This document shows, one piece after another, positions 23,401 to 34,401 of a DNA stretch of 63,966 bases. The position numbers and the translations under genes are program-made. The number at the start of each line of letters is the position of its first letter. Position 1 is the first letter of the stretch. Origin of the DNA: Hyphochytrium catenoides (taxonomy: Eukaryota > Protista > Hyphochytriomycota); NCBI GenBank assembly GCA_900088475.1, contig FLMG01000725.1, positions 11,030 to 74,995 of the forward strand, in the 5' to 3' direction. The notes beneath the pieces are model-generated. The model was not told the DNA's origin and did not search any database. It saw only the letters and a list, made by a program, of their open reading frames with translations.

Positions 23401-24906
23401 GCACACCTGCTATGGTTCAGTGAGCGGCCTTAACCAGAGGAATGGTGGTGCTGAGCTATTGAGACAAACAACCATACTGCTAAGCGTTATATGGGCGTAC
23501 AGCACGGATTAAGTTAAGACGCACTATATGTAAATATCGCTGTCCTCTACCATGACCCTAGCATGTTATTAATGGTCGTCTCTGACTGTTGAAGTGAGGC
23601 TAAGAGACCCTTCTAAAGGCAACAAGCGTGTCATACATGAAGCCCAAGCGGCCCAACTGGACCGAGGCAAGCCGAGCTCTGCTAAAAACGTTGGTTCAGA
23701 CCTCACCACGCGTTGTCTGGTTTTAAGTGGAAGGCAGGGCTGAATAGACATCGATCATAAGAAGTCTCTTTGGATGCCAAGTTAAGAAGAAAAAGTGAAG
23801 AGTAATGTAAGCACCAGATCGTCCTCGCCAATACACATCGCGTCGGCGTTATCTAATTTTTTTCCAGGCAGGGCAGCATCGCCTTTCGGAGCAAGCGCCC
23901 AATAAGAAGACGATTCAGTTGGTTGATGAAAAGCCCTGCAGAAATCCGTTACTTTTGCAGTTTAAAATATCTTTGAATGCCGCCAGCACTGGCGGAATGC
24001 ATGGCCAGTCCAGACCATCACCAGGCTAGAAGAAAGGCTATTCTTACGAGCAACTCAAGCAAATCCACAGTTTCGAAAAAGAGAAAGACTGCTCTATTGT
24101 GACTGATCTTTGTGCGTCGCTGCCGTCACAGGTGACCACCACCTACCACTAATGGATCTACCACTAACGGATGTGAGACCTGCCTACCCTATCGACGACC
24201 ACAGACTCGTCAAGGAGCATCATGATGGTGCCATACGCTACCCAGACGCATTCGCCAGACTAACAAGAAAGTAGCAAGGCAAAGCGCAATGCAGTAGTAG
24301 CTGGCACTGCAGTAACAGGTGAACGGTAGGCGGGCCGCTGACGGTGCTTTAAAATGGTTGAGTTTGTCCGTCTCTCCTTCTGCCCGCAAAGTTTGACCAC
24401 ACCTACAACTGACGCATGTCAGTCCTGCGCTCATTCACGCTTTATAAACGGCGATAGTCTGGGGGCACCCTACCTACTGGCCGCTGTCTTAGTGTGAAGA
24501 AGCATCATCATGGTGTTAACTTACCCTGGACGGGTGTAACAGATGTAATAGGTGAACTAATGGGGCCAAGCGCAGCGCAGTAGCTGCCGCTCTAGTGCAT
24601 AAGTGATATGCGGACTGCTGACAAGGTGCTGGCAGATTTCTTTTGACGCCAACATGCTTTCTATTTATAACCTTAACAACGTGCATCCACTATAAACATC
24701 TCTAACAATAAGGCATTCCACCTGTCAGAAGGATGACACCAGATATGGTGCGCGAAAGTCAGATCACGCACCTAATAAGTTAGCCACAACAGTTAGGAAG
24801 TAGAGAAGGCAAAAGACGGATCCGCAAACAAACGGCCATGAACCCAGATCTCTGTCATTCATCAAGAAGATCGTGAGAATACCCTCGAGAAAGCTTCATG
24901 AGAGTC

Positions 24907-25632
24907 CTACTCTGCGTACTTATATGAGCCCTCTTTCTCCAGCGCTCTTTGGTATGCAGGTCGGTTTTGGATCTCTTGCACGAACTTGTGCAGGCACGGC
25001 CATCGCCCTGGATTCTCTTTGAGGCCAGCTCTTTCCATGGAGACTTCAATAGGAAAGCTCATCTGGATATCTGCAGCTGTGAAGTCTTCGCCACAGAACC
25101 ACCTGGTCTCCGCTAGCTCTGCCTCCATAAAGTCGAGATTCCTTTCCAGATTGGGGTTGATGAGAAGTTCAGACACCCGATGGGTTATCATTGAGGCAAC
25201 GGGACGGAATATAAACGGCATCTTGGCGCTTTGAATCTTGGTGATAACCAGCTTCAGAAGCAACGGAGGCATTGCAGATCCCTCAGCAAAGTGCAGCCAA
25301 TAGGTGAAGCGTAGTCTTTCGGCAGTCCCTGGCCGCGGGTGAGTAAGGCTTTCTGTGGTACTACCTTCTGCCCCTTCATTGGCGGCGTTATAGTACTTGT
25401 CTAGTAGATATTCAATGATGGCACCGGATTCCGCGATGGTCAGGTTTCCATCTACGATCACTGGAGACTTTCCCAGAGGATGAATTTGTCTCAGAGCTTC
25501 CGGGGCCAGCATCGTTGCTGGGTCCCTTTCATAGATGATAAGTTCATAAGGTAGCCCAAGCTCTTCGAGAAGCCAGATAACTCGATGGGAGCGTGAGTCG
25601 CGAAGGTGATGCAGGGTAAGTGTCGCTGTCAT
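24907..25632 (-). CDS. Glutathione S-transferase, GTT1-like/bacterial type
   Basis: Motifs LHHLRDSRSHRVIWLLEEL, HPLGKSPVI, AESGAIIEYL, YWLHFAEGSAMPPL, FTAADIQMSFP and RPAYQRALE. Intronless. Confidence 0.95.
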   Translation of the reverse strand: MTATLTLHHLRDSRSHRVIWLLEELGLPYELIIYERDPATMLAPEALRQIHPLGKSPVIVDGNLTIAESGAIIEYLLDKYYNAANEGAEGSTTESLTHPRPGTAERLRFTYWLHFAEGSAMPPLLLKLVITKIQSAKMPFIFRPVASMITHRVSELLINPNLERNLDFMEAELAETRWFCGEDFTAADIQMSFPIEVSMERAGLKENPGRWPCLHKFVQEIQNRPAYQRALEKEGSYKYAE

Positions 25633-25809
25633 CTTCTCCTTCTTCCTCTTCTCCTCTTAATTTTTAAAGCTTCGCTTTTGAGTTATCCTACCTTATTATG
25701 TGACGAAGCGAGTATGTTGAGTTTTGAAAGGTTAAGAGAAAGCTCTGTCTTCCTGTCCGGAGAGTAGACTACGAATTGGTTTCTGATCTTCTTGCCATCC
25801 GTCATGGAA

Positions 25810-25860
25810 GCAACTTATCGCCCTACGAATAGTAGATGCTAGTATAGGGCGATAAGTTGC
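25810..25860. repeat. Perfect 16-bp inverted repeat with 19-nt spacer
   Basis: GCAACTTATCGCCCTA (25810-25825) and TAGGGCGATAAGTTGC (25845-25860). Confidence 0.9.
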
Positions 25861-28800
25861 AAACCGGCGTATGCAGTGTAATCATTTTACTACGTTTACC
25901 TTCGCGGTGCAAACACAATCACTTTGCAGACACAGCAGGGAGTGTGACATTCTAGTGATGAGGACTTTGGCTATGAGGCTTCTTCCTAATAATAACCAAT
26001 TCTAGGGAAGAGGCGCCTAGAATGTTGTACGAGTACCGGTATATAAAGAACGGCCTTATGTACCGTGTGCGCCATGATGGAGAGACCATCACTCCGTTCC
26101 TGCTGCGCTAGGATCCGTCATGGCCAAAATGATCTGAGTGATCTTCCCTCTCTCTTCTCTCGTAGTACAAGTATGGCCTTGGTACAAGTACATACATCTC
26201 GTCGTCAGCGAATACTAGGAAATACAAAGGCTTTAGCAGCGCTGCGTTCTCTAATAATTGGCCTATGATGACGTCCTCCACGCCAAGGGTTGAATCCTGG
26301 CACTATTGGCAACAGCTATCAATCGAGGAAGTACCAGATAATAGTCGGCTACTCTTCTTGGTCAACACCATCAAGACTCTGCACGGTAGACAACAGAAGA
26401 GAAGGGGAAAAGGGGAACCGGGCGAGGTGAGGGAAGAGATCAGAGACAGCTTGAAAGGAGAAGACGACGGACCAAAGGAGTCGGTCTGAGTTCCCCTCCT
26501 GCTTCTTCTTGCTTCCCTCTCTAAACATGTTGTTGGTGCCTCTCTTCCTCCTCCTCCTACTCTTCTACCAACAGCAACTCTGCAGGGGTAGTTAGTATGA
26601 AGATTGGGGTGGGGTGCCTGTCGTCGTCATCGCTGCATCTTTCTGTCGCTTCTCCTCCTCCCCTATTAACCGTGTAGAAGATGTGGAGTTGTTGGAGTTC
26701 TGGGCGATGGCATTACGCTATTCTCCACATCGGTGATAGTAGTAGAGGGCTTGATCGTCATATGAATAGAGCAAAGCCCTTACAGACTGAAATTAGCGGA
26801 GACGGAGAGAGGAGAGAGAGACCGGGGGGAAGAAAGAGGAGAAGAGCAAGAGAGGAGAATGAAAATGGCAGAGAAGCATTTGAAGATCGCCCGTTTCTTT
26901 TCTAAGTTCCACAGAACAGACCGGCAATCACAAGCCACAACGCCTCCTAGCCTCCTCTCTCTTCCCAAGACAAAGAACACCGGAACATATTCTCCACAGC
27001 ACCCTGCAACCCATCCATGGCCGTGACGGTGGTTGTAAGAAGGTTGCTAAGAGGCGAGAGTAGGCTTTAATTTTGAAACGTCACGTGGTGGAAAGAACAA
27101 CCATCCTTCATCCTTGTCATAGCAAGCAGCATAGGCCCAAGCAGTTAGCCTGTGAGAACGGAGTTTGTCTTTGTAAACAGGAAGAAATGGGCGGTCGAGA
27201 TGGAATGACACCAAAGTCGAGCCTTCGTTGATCCCAGTACATTGTGGCACATAGACTTACATAAGCCAGTCCAAGCAGAGGCCATAGTTAGTTGATGACG
27301 GACCTAAAGAGGGTAGAAGAAAGCAATCAATAACCAGCTAACAGATGTCGGTAGTCCTCCCGACAGCTGTGACTAGTATATTGCTTTGACCGACGGATGA
27401 CTGCATTGACCGCTGACACTGGAAGACAAACAAGGCAGACAATGTAGTGCCCAGCCAGCATCAGCCCAAATAGAAAACCAAAAAACAAGCCTTGTCTTGC
27501 TGAAGCCTACGCTCCGAAGGGTGCCTAGATACCGGCAGCGCTGAGAAGGAGTCAGCAGCCCGACGGCGAATAATCTGCATATGCACCGCCGCCATGTTAG
27601 TTTTTAGCTCTTTTTTTATCCTTCGAAGCCCTGGTGAGATCTCGTGATTGACGTGTTTTCTTGAGTCAGCCGGTACGAGAGATCTGTAGTACGATACGTT
27701 AAGCACTGGACGAGGCTTCCATCAACGTAGAGCTCGCTTAGAGCTCGTTTGCTATGGCACACTCCAGCCCTGTATACATTTTTCACTACGGATATTATGC
27801 CGCAGCTCTTTCAGGAGAGCGGCTAATGTCATCAGAAAATCGACAACAGAGAAGTTTCGCTCAGCAAAGATATGAGTTCTTGCATGCCCCCCGGGGTCGC
27901 GCGAAAGAGGGAACAGCAGCCCAGCCTGAAGTGGTGGATAATAAGAAACCCACAGCGATAGTCACTAGGTGTTTTTCCTCTTGATGACAATAATGGCAAG
28001 ATCATCGCGGCCTCAATTTTGATTTTCACTCCAAGGCAAAAGTGTTCACTATGCTGAAGGTAACGCCCGTCAATGAGCGTTACCCCTAAGAAGCAAAACT
28101 CATAGGATCATCGAGCTAGTGTCTTCACCATGTCCCATCTCGCGCCATATTAACATTCATCAGAGGCGGGTGCAAGAAGAAGAAGCACCAATAAAAGAAG
28201 GAGCTGGCTCTTAGTACCTCTCCACCGCTCTCAGTCAATGTAGAAGCACAACGTGGCAAGGATGAGGCCAAGCCTACCACCCCAAACTGAGCCCCTGGTT
28301 TTTCTTAAGGTACCGACGAAGCAGCCAGCAGGGTGTCCCGCTCATCGTAACTCAGAGGCTGCTGGGATCATGGCGTATAGTACGTAGAGACCTATTATAG
28401 GGGCTGAGCATACAGTAGTGATGTTGATGAAGAGGGAAGAAGAAGAAGTGCCAGCCAGTTCATGAACAGGAAACATTCTGCTTTGACTCCTTACATATAA
28501 TAATGTGTTAGTTGAAAGACCTTGGGCGGCTCGTGGCACTTGATACATACTGATTTTGGGCCCACTAGTCAAGAGATTCCAAGGACGAGGAAGACAACGA
28601 TCAACAGATCACAATGACCAACTTGACCAACGTGACCAAAAGCCAGCGGTAGGCCACGGCAGAAGGGCTTACTTTCTTGCCATCATAGTGTTATTATGGT
28701 ATGACACTAAGCATCCGTTCAAGCATAAAAGGCCTTAGTTATATTAAGGGCGGGTTATGTGTGGGAGGAGACACACACTATGATGATGGATGATGGTTTA

Positions 28801-28999
28801 GGGACAGCAAGATGGCCACACTCACAAGGGTTCAGGATGAAGGATCATGAGAAGATCATAAGCACGAATAATTATGCGCACAAGAACTTCAGAACAAGGG
28901 CCATAAGAAGAAAGATCGCCCTATTCTTCTTCTGTCAGGCTGACAAGAGGCCCAAATGGTGTTAGCAGAAGAAACCCTATCTTCCTACCAGCCTTCTTC

Positions 29000-30415
29000 A
29001 TGCTGCTGCTGCCTCGACCTAAACAGCGTGATAACTCCTCCGAGATCTTCGTCGCCGCGCGGCAGACAGAAGAGCGCAAGCAGCCAAACCTCAAGCACAT
29101 AAGCAAGCAGGCACGCCATCCAAGTGACTATCAACCGACAAGCATCATCGTGACCATTGTAGTGCTTTTCCTGAGAAAGGTCATCATTAGTAAGAAGACA
29201 GTGATGAACCCCAGCAATCACCACCTTCCCAGCACAAATAGAGGCACTGGTCGTTGGGCCAGCAGCAATGTCGATTTCGTGACCATGCTCCGAATCGGCG
29301 TGATGTACCTGAAGCTAATAAGCTTCTCACTTTTCCATCTCGTGGTGGTCGCGTTCCGTACGCTTACAGGAACAAAGCTGCACCGCTCCTGGACATTTCG
29401 CGCCGAGTACTCTGTGGGCATCTTCCGTTACTTATCTCACGTACAGGACGTTCCGGTGCTGCGATACTTCGGCGACCGCATGGTGGCAGCCGCAAGCATT
29501 GGCTGCACTGGAAGTTACGAGGCTGTTTCTACAGAGTTCGAAGGGACTGTTGTTGAAGGAGTGTGGATTTCTGGAGATGGGGCCAATGGCCAACTAGGAC
29601 AAGGTGGAGCAGAATCATCGTCCATGGCGTCTCGAACGATCCTTTACTTCCATGGTGGAGGCTACGCCTTCGGGAATTGTCTCATGTACCTCGAGCCTCA
29701 TTTAAAGCTCATCAGTCTCTTTGCTAAGCGGGGTATCAATGCAAGGGTCTTCTCTGCGAAGTATCCCCTCGCCCCAGAGAATCTCTATCCAAGCCAGTTG
29801 GAGGCGGCGCTAGCCACGTATAAATGGATGCTCTACAACCAGCATGTCCCGGCCAAAGAGATTGTGATCGCCGGAGAATCTGCGGGAGGGAACCTCGTCA
29901 TGGCTCTCCTTGTAAAACTACGTTCAGAGCCTGCTACCCAGCCTCTTCCTCTTCCCTTTGCCGCGATTCCCATCTCTCCCATGCTGGACCTCACACCAGA
30001 TTCACTCTCCGAAGAACCTCAAAGCGCCAAGGATCTCTGCGGTCCGAACGCGTTTCTAGGCGTTATCCGGCGTTATCTTGGGCCAAAGAGCTCTCCGCAG
30101 CTTCGTGCTTCGCCAACAGTCAGCCCTGTGAAGGCTGACGCTGCCATACTGCAAGCGCTGTTTGGAGCTAATGATAGCAAGGTCAAACTGCTTCTGACCT
30201 ACGGTGGATTGGAGGCGTTAGCTCCTGAAATACTGCGAATGGCAGAGAGAATCATGCAGAGCGCTGAGCCTGATGCCGTCGAGCTGGATTGCGACAAAGA
30301 TATGCCGCATGCCTATCAGATGCTGGGGACTCCTTACTTTGGCCAGGCGGCTGCTGATGGTCTCGAGAGGATTGTCAACTGGTGCTGCGACGAGATCAAC
30401 AAGGCTAAGCAGTGA
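29000..30415 (+). CDS. Alpha/beta hydrolase, HSL/Abhydrolase_3 type (esterase/lipase; steryl-acetyl-hydrolase-like)
   Basis: YFHGGGY oxyanion motif, YPLAPE, GESAGG nucleophile elbow, GGLEAL acid and MPHAY His, with an N-terminal hydrophobic anchor. The true start may be the ATG at 29204 or 29285. Confidence 0.92.
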   Translation: MLLLPRPKQRDNSSEIFVAARQTEERKQPNLKHISKQARHPSDYQPTSIIVTIVVLFLRKVIISKKTVMNPSNHHLPSTNRGTGRWASSNVDFVTMLRIGVMYLKLISFSLFHLVVVAFRTLTGTKLHRSWTFRAEYSVGIFRYLSHVQDVPVLRYFGDRMVAAASIGCTGSYEAVSTEFEGTVVEGVWISGDGANGQLGQGGAESSSMASRTILYFHGGGYAFGNCLMYLEPHLKLISLFAKRGINARVFSAKYPLAPENLYPSQLEAALATYKWMLYNQHVPAKEIVIAGESAGGNLVMALLVKLRSEPATQPLPLPFAAIPISPMLDLTPDSLSEEPQSAKDLCGPNAFLGVIRRYLGPKSSPQLRASPTVSPVKADAAILQALFGANDSKVKLLLTYGGLEALAPEILRMAERIMQSAEPDAVELDCDKDMPHAYQMLGTPYFGQAAADGLERIVNWCCDEINKAKQ

Positions 30416-31949
30416 GCTCACTTCTTTTTTGGTAGTATCGCACTCTAGTATGGCTGTCGTCCGGCCTAATGCATTAGATAAGATAGTGTGAAGTCCGCCG
30501 TGAGTCACTGAGCCGTGTCACGAACGAAGTAGGAGAGAGCTTTCGTGACGATTATGTGCACTTTAACCAAAGCAGAGTGAGGCACTTCTTTGATCTCTCA
30601 TCTACGAAAAAAGGAAAAGGTTGAGGAGCAGCGAGGTGGTAGGAACGTAGGAGAAGGAGGATGCTAGGATATTGAAGTGGAGGGGAAGAGTGCTGCGTCA
30701 TTAGATGCAACTTCACGATAGCAGAGTGAAGGCGTGTAATTTCTCATCAGTCCTAAGGAGGAAAGGATCTGCGGGGGGCAGCCCGTTTGATGGCTCGTTG
30801 GTGACAGCTATGGTAGGATAGTCGAACATTGGAAAATGGCGTCTAAGCGGCGACAAGTTTTTGAGAAGTTATTATAGGGATCCGCTTGTTTGTGTGCACA
30901 AGTAGTTCATACATCTTATCGTCGTCAGTTATCACCTTCAACACTGTCTAAGGCTCTACGGTGATCGTTAATGGCCGGTCGTCACTTCCCCCGCCGCCAA
31001 GCATTAGCTCTTGGCACTATGCGTAACGGCAGGTCTTCTAGGAAGTACCCAGATAGGAGGCTGCTCTTGGTCGACACAGAGAAGCTATTATACCGTGGAA
31101 GAAGACAACAGAACAGAAGTACCGGGCGAGACGGGAGGGAAAGATCATCAGAGGGGCGAAGCAGGAGATAGACAAAGTCAGTGGGGGAAGAAGAAGATCA
31201 TCACAGCAAACACCAGGAGCCTAAAAAAAGGGTAGTAGCAACGGCGGGCTTACTTGAAACAGATAGAGGAAAGAAGTTAAATGCTTGCCAGCAGCACCAG
31301 GACTCAGAGCTCAGCTATTCGGCGACATTGTCGTCGGTGATTTGGAAAGCAAGACAGGAGACGACGGTGCGGCAGGAGCAGCATGGAGAGAGTGCACTCT
31401 CACTTCTTTGTTGAATGCCCGACCGCATCTTCAATTAGATCTGAGGTATCGGTTTAGCAGACAGTCTTCCTATGTTAGAATATTATACTAGCAATATGGT
31501 GCCAAGTTATGAGCTCTTGACTTTTTTTTTGCCTTAGTGGCGAAGCGGTTCCACGCCATAGACAGGTAGTAGATCTCCCTCTTCGCCTTGTTGACCACTG
31601 GTGGGTGGTGTGGGGCCAGTTCAAGCAACAGATATCCTCCCTTTCTCTGTCAGCTATTAGATATTTGTCAGATGCGCCCGACCGTCAGAACTTCCTCCCA
31701 ACAATAGCAACTAGTTTGGAGAGAAGGCAAGTGGTTAACTAAGAGTCCTACGCCCTGAAAGGTAGGGACATTCAAGAGCTTAGAGCCTGGGCTGCTATCT
31801 GACTCTTTTCGTCGTCACAACAGTAGTCTACTATAGGAATTAGTGAAGTCAAACTGTCCGATATACTGAGGCGGTCACTGTTGACCAGCTCTCCGACCAC
31901 GTGCAGCATGACGACGATGAGTGTGGCGGTGAAGACCCTGCTGCTTGTC

Positions 31950-32009
31950 TGTGTCTGGCCCTCTGTCTGTCTCTCTCTGTCTGTCTGTCTGTCTCTCTCT
32001 GCCTGTCTC

Positions 32010-32049
<40 letters not shown>

Positions 32050-32120
32050 NNNNNNNNNNNNNNNNNNNNNNNNNNNNNNNNNNNNNNNNNNNNCTCTCTC
32101 TCTCTCTCTCTCTCTCTCAC
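31950..32120. repeat. (CTGT)n/(CT)n microsatellite spanning assembly gap 32050-32093
   Basis: Directly visible repeats and N run. Confidence 0.9.
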
Positions 32121-32634
32121 TACCCACCTCAAAACTATGGTACTGATATCAAACCGATAACTGAATACTTCTTACATCATATACATTTTACCTCTTAATA
32201 CCCAGAACTCCTCTTGGAGCTCAGGCCGTTATATTGCCTTGTAACGACTGTAAAAAAGGGGATGTGGCACCTGTGGCTCCTCGACCCCAGCAGCATCAGA
32301 AGCCTGCTGGCGATAGATTTGAAGACTTCCACCGCGCAACATCCTCAGCAAAGCTCCTTCTCATGCCTAGGGAAGTGCTACAGGCAGCTAGCGCCCTCTT
32401 TCCTTCCCTATCTGTCATCCCACTGCTGAGCTTCATCAAGGTGTCGGCAACCAACTGGAGGTACCAATGTACCTCGTGGTGCCCCGTGTAATAAGATTAT
32501 ACATCCATCCTCAGGGCATGATGGATAAGATTCATCTCCTCGTGAGGGCGCACCACAACCTCGGGAAGTGAATCTAATTTGAGCGTAGAAGATGGACGAC
32601 GCTTTGCTTCTACGTTCCCTCGCATTATAGAAGG

Positions 32635-34401
32635 ATGGCGTCAGGCAACTCCTCCTGGCACACCCCTATACAACCCTTGCAATCTACTAAGGTTCATGCC
32701 ATCATCGTCTCAACCCCAACAAACTCTTCACCGCAAACAGCAAGCGTCGTCCAAGTTGATAGCACCACTACTGAAAGGCATGCGTCTCAAGGCCAGAGGA
32801 ATAATGATTACCTAGTGGTTCCTTCATCGCCACTTCCAGACATTGATTTGTCTGTTTCAGTGGCGGCCATGCTCTTCGGTAAGGAGTTCAGCCGCAAGCA
32901 GCTGACACTCTTGGTGAAGTACCGAAGGCTTATGTACTCTGTCTTTAACATGGCCGCCATTATGTCCTCCACAGTTCTCTTTGTCCCAGCCTCCGTGGGA
33001 GCAATCCTTGGACCCATATCTACCTTACTGGCGCTACCTTGGCTACTCAATAACATGCTACAAACGCGGTGGGAGATCTGGCGGCTACTCTTCCGGACGT
33101 TTGACTTCTGGTTCCTCATAGTTGTCAACCTCATCAATACAGGCTTGATGATGGTCATGGCCGGTGACCTCAGGGCCACATGCATGGTGTTCAGCTTCAT
33201 AGGTACAATTCCACCGATAGCTTTCGACGCCTATTTGATCGACAGGACAACGCTACAACGTGGCATGATCGGAGGTGTCGTGGGTGCCATTGTTACCGCC
33301 CTAGCTCTTCGTCTTGGCTGGGCGGATGGCATTCGAGACCTTTCATGGAGGATTGGAGACCATCAATTGGAGTCAGTAGATATTGTCGTAAGCTTGAGCT
33401 GTACGTTTGCTGCAGCGTTTCTCAAAATATTGTGGTTTGGTGAGCTGAACCAGCGAGGTGCCAGGAAGCGCGGCGTTGACACCAACAAGGAAAGCATCAT
33501 TATTTGCCAGCTATACTGCTGTGATTTGACCCTGCAACCAACGTTGGTACCAGCACCATATTTTGAGCGAACGAAGGTCTCCCATATAACGACTGTGAGT
33601 TACGTCGTGTCGCTTCAGCTATGCCGAGGAATACCGAGCTTGATTTGTCCGTCGTCTACTCTTTGCTTGGAACCGAAAGGTTGCAATCGACTCTCCCCCT
33701 GCGACCTTATTCGTGTGCTTACCCTCGTTGGGACTGTAGCAGGCTTGGCGTGTGCGTATGTCGCACTATTATGGGGGCGGGGCAAACCTACAATCAGCCC
33801 GCCAGCGATAGCACAGATCCTCGTAGCTGCTTGCAGCCTCCTCTGTACGGCGATGGTTCTGATTCTATCCTTCCTGACGCTGAACAGAGTAATTCTTAAG
33901 TGGCTTCTGAAAACGCTTGACTTCTATTACACGTCTGCGGTGGCAGTAACTGTCTGTCTGGGGCTATGTGACATCATGGATTGGGATCTAAGGTCCGTTG
34001 CCCTAGTATCCCTTTGCTTGTGGATACACTGGGTCCTCTTGCTGGATGGTCTTCTGCCAGAAGCGAGGAATCTGTTACTATTCAGCAAGAAGCTTCAGGG
34101 CGCGCTTGTACTCATCGTGCTTGCTATCGGTAAATTTTGGATAGTCTACAGCATGTACTTCGTGGACTCTGACAATTACCGGAACAGGACTCTGTGGGAA
34201 GGAAGTATCATGGGCAATGGATTCTCCATAAAGACATATCCTACCACCACAACGCAGCTCCTGACACTGATCATGCTGGAGTGCAGAGCTCTTTGGAGAG
34301 TGTGCACCATAAAAGAGGATGCGCTTGTCTTTCTTCAGGGAGCTGTGCAGTTTCACAACTCGATGAGCGCTTTGCCGGCTGCCCATGTCATAGGTATCTA
34401 G
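32635..34401 (+). CDS. Multi-pass membrane protein with two homologous halves, resembling an uncharacterised oomycete-type transmembrane family (588 aa)
   Basis: Intronless. Paired motifs WRLLFRTFDFWFL / KWLLKTLDFYY, GDLRA / WDLRS and IAFDA / WVLLLDG, with about 12 hydrophobic segments. Confidence 0.85.
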   Translation: MASGNSSWHTPIQPLQSTKVHAIIVSTPTNSSPQTASVVQVDSTTTERHASQGQRNNDYLVVPSSPLPDIDLSVSVAAMLFGKEFSRKQLTLLVKYRRLMYSVFNMAAIMSSTVLFVPASVGAILGPISTLLALPWLLNNMLQTRWEIWRLLFRTFDFWFLIVVNLINTGLMMVMAGDLRATCMVFSFIGTIPPIAFDAYLIDRTTLQRGMIGGVVGAIVTALALRLGWADGIRDLSWRIGDHQLESVDIVVSLSCTFAAAFLKILWFGELNQRGARKRGVDTNKESIIICQLYCCDLTLQPTLVPAPYFERTKVSHITTVSYVVSLQLCRGIPSLICPSSTLCLEPKGCNRLSPCDLIRVLTLVGTVAGLACAYVALLWGRGKPTISPPAIAQILVAACSLLCTAMVLILSFLTLNRVILKWLLKTLDFYYTSAVAVTVCLGLCDIMDWDLRSVALVSLCLWIHWVLLLDGLLPEARNLLLFSKKLQGALVLIVLAIGKFWIVYSMYFVDSDNYRNRTLWEGSIMGNGFSIKTYPTTTTQLLTLIMLECRALWRVCTIKEDALVFLQGAVQFHNSMSALPAAHVIGI

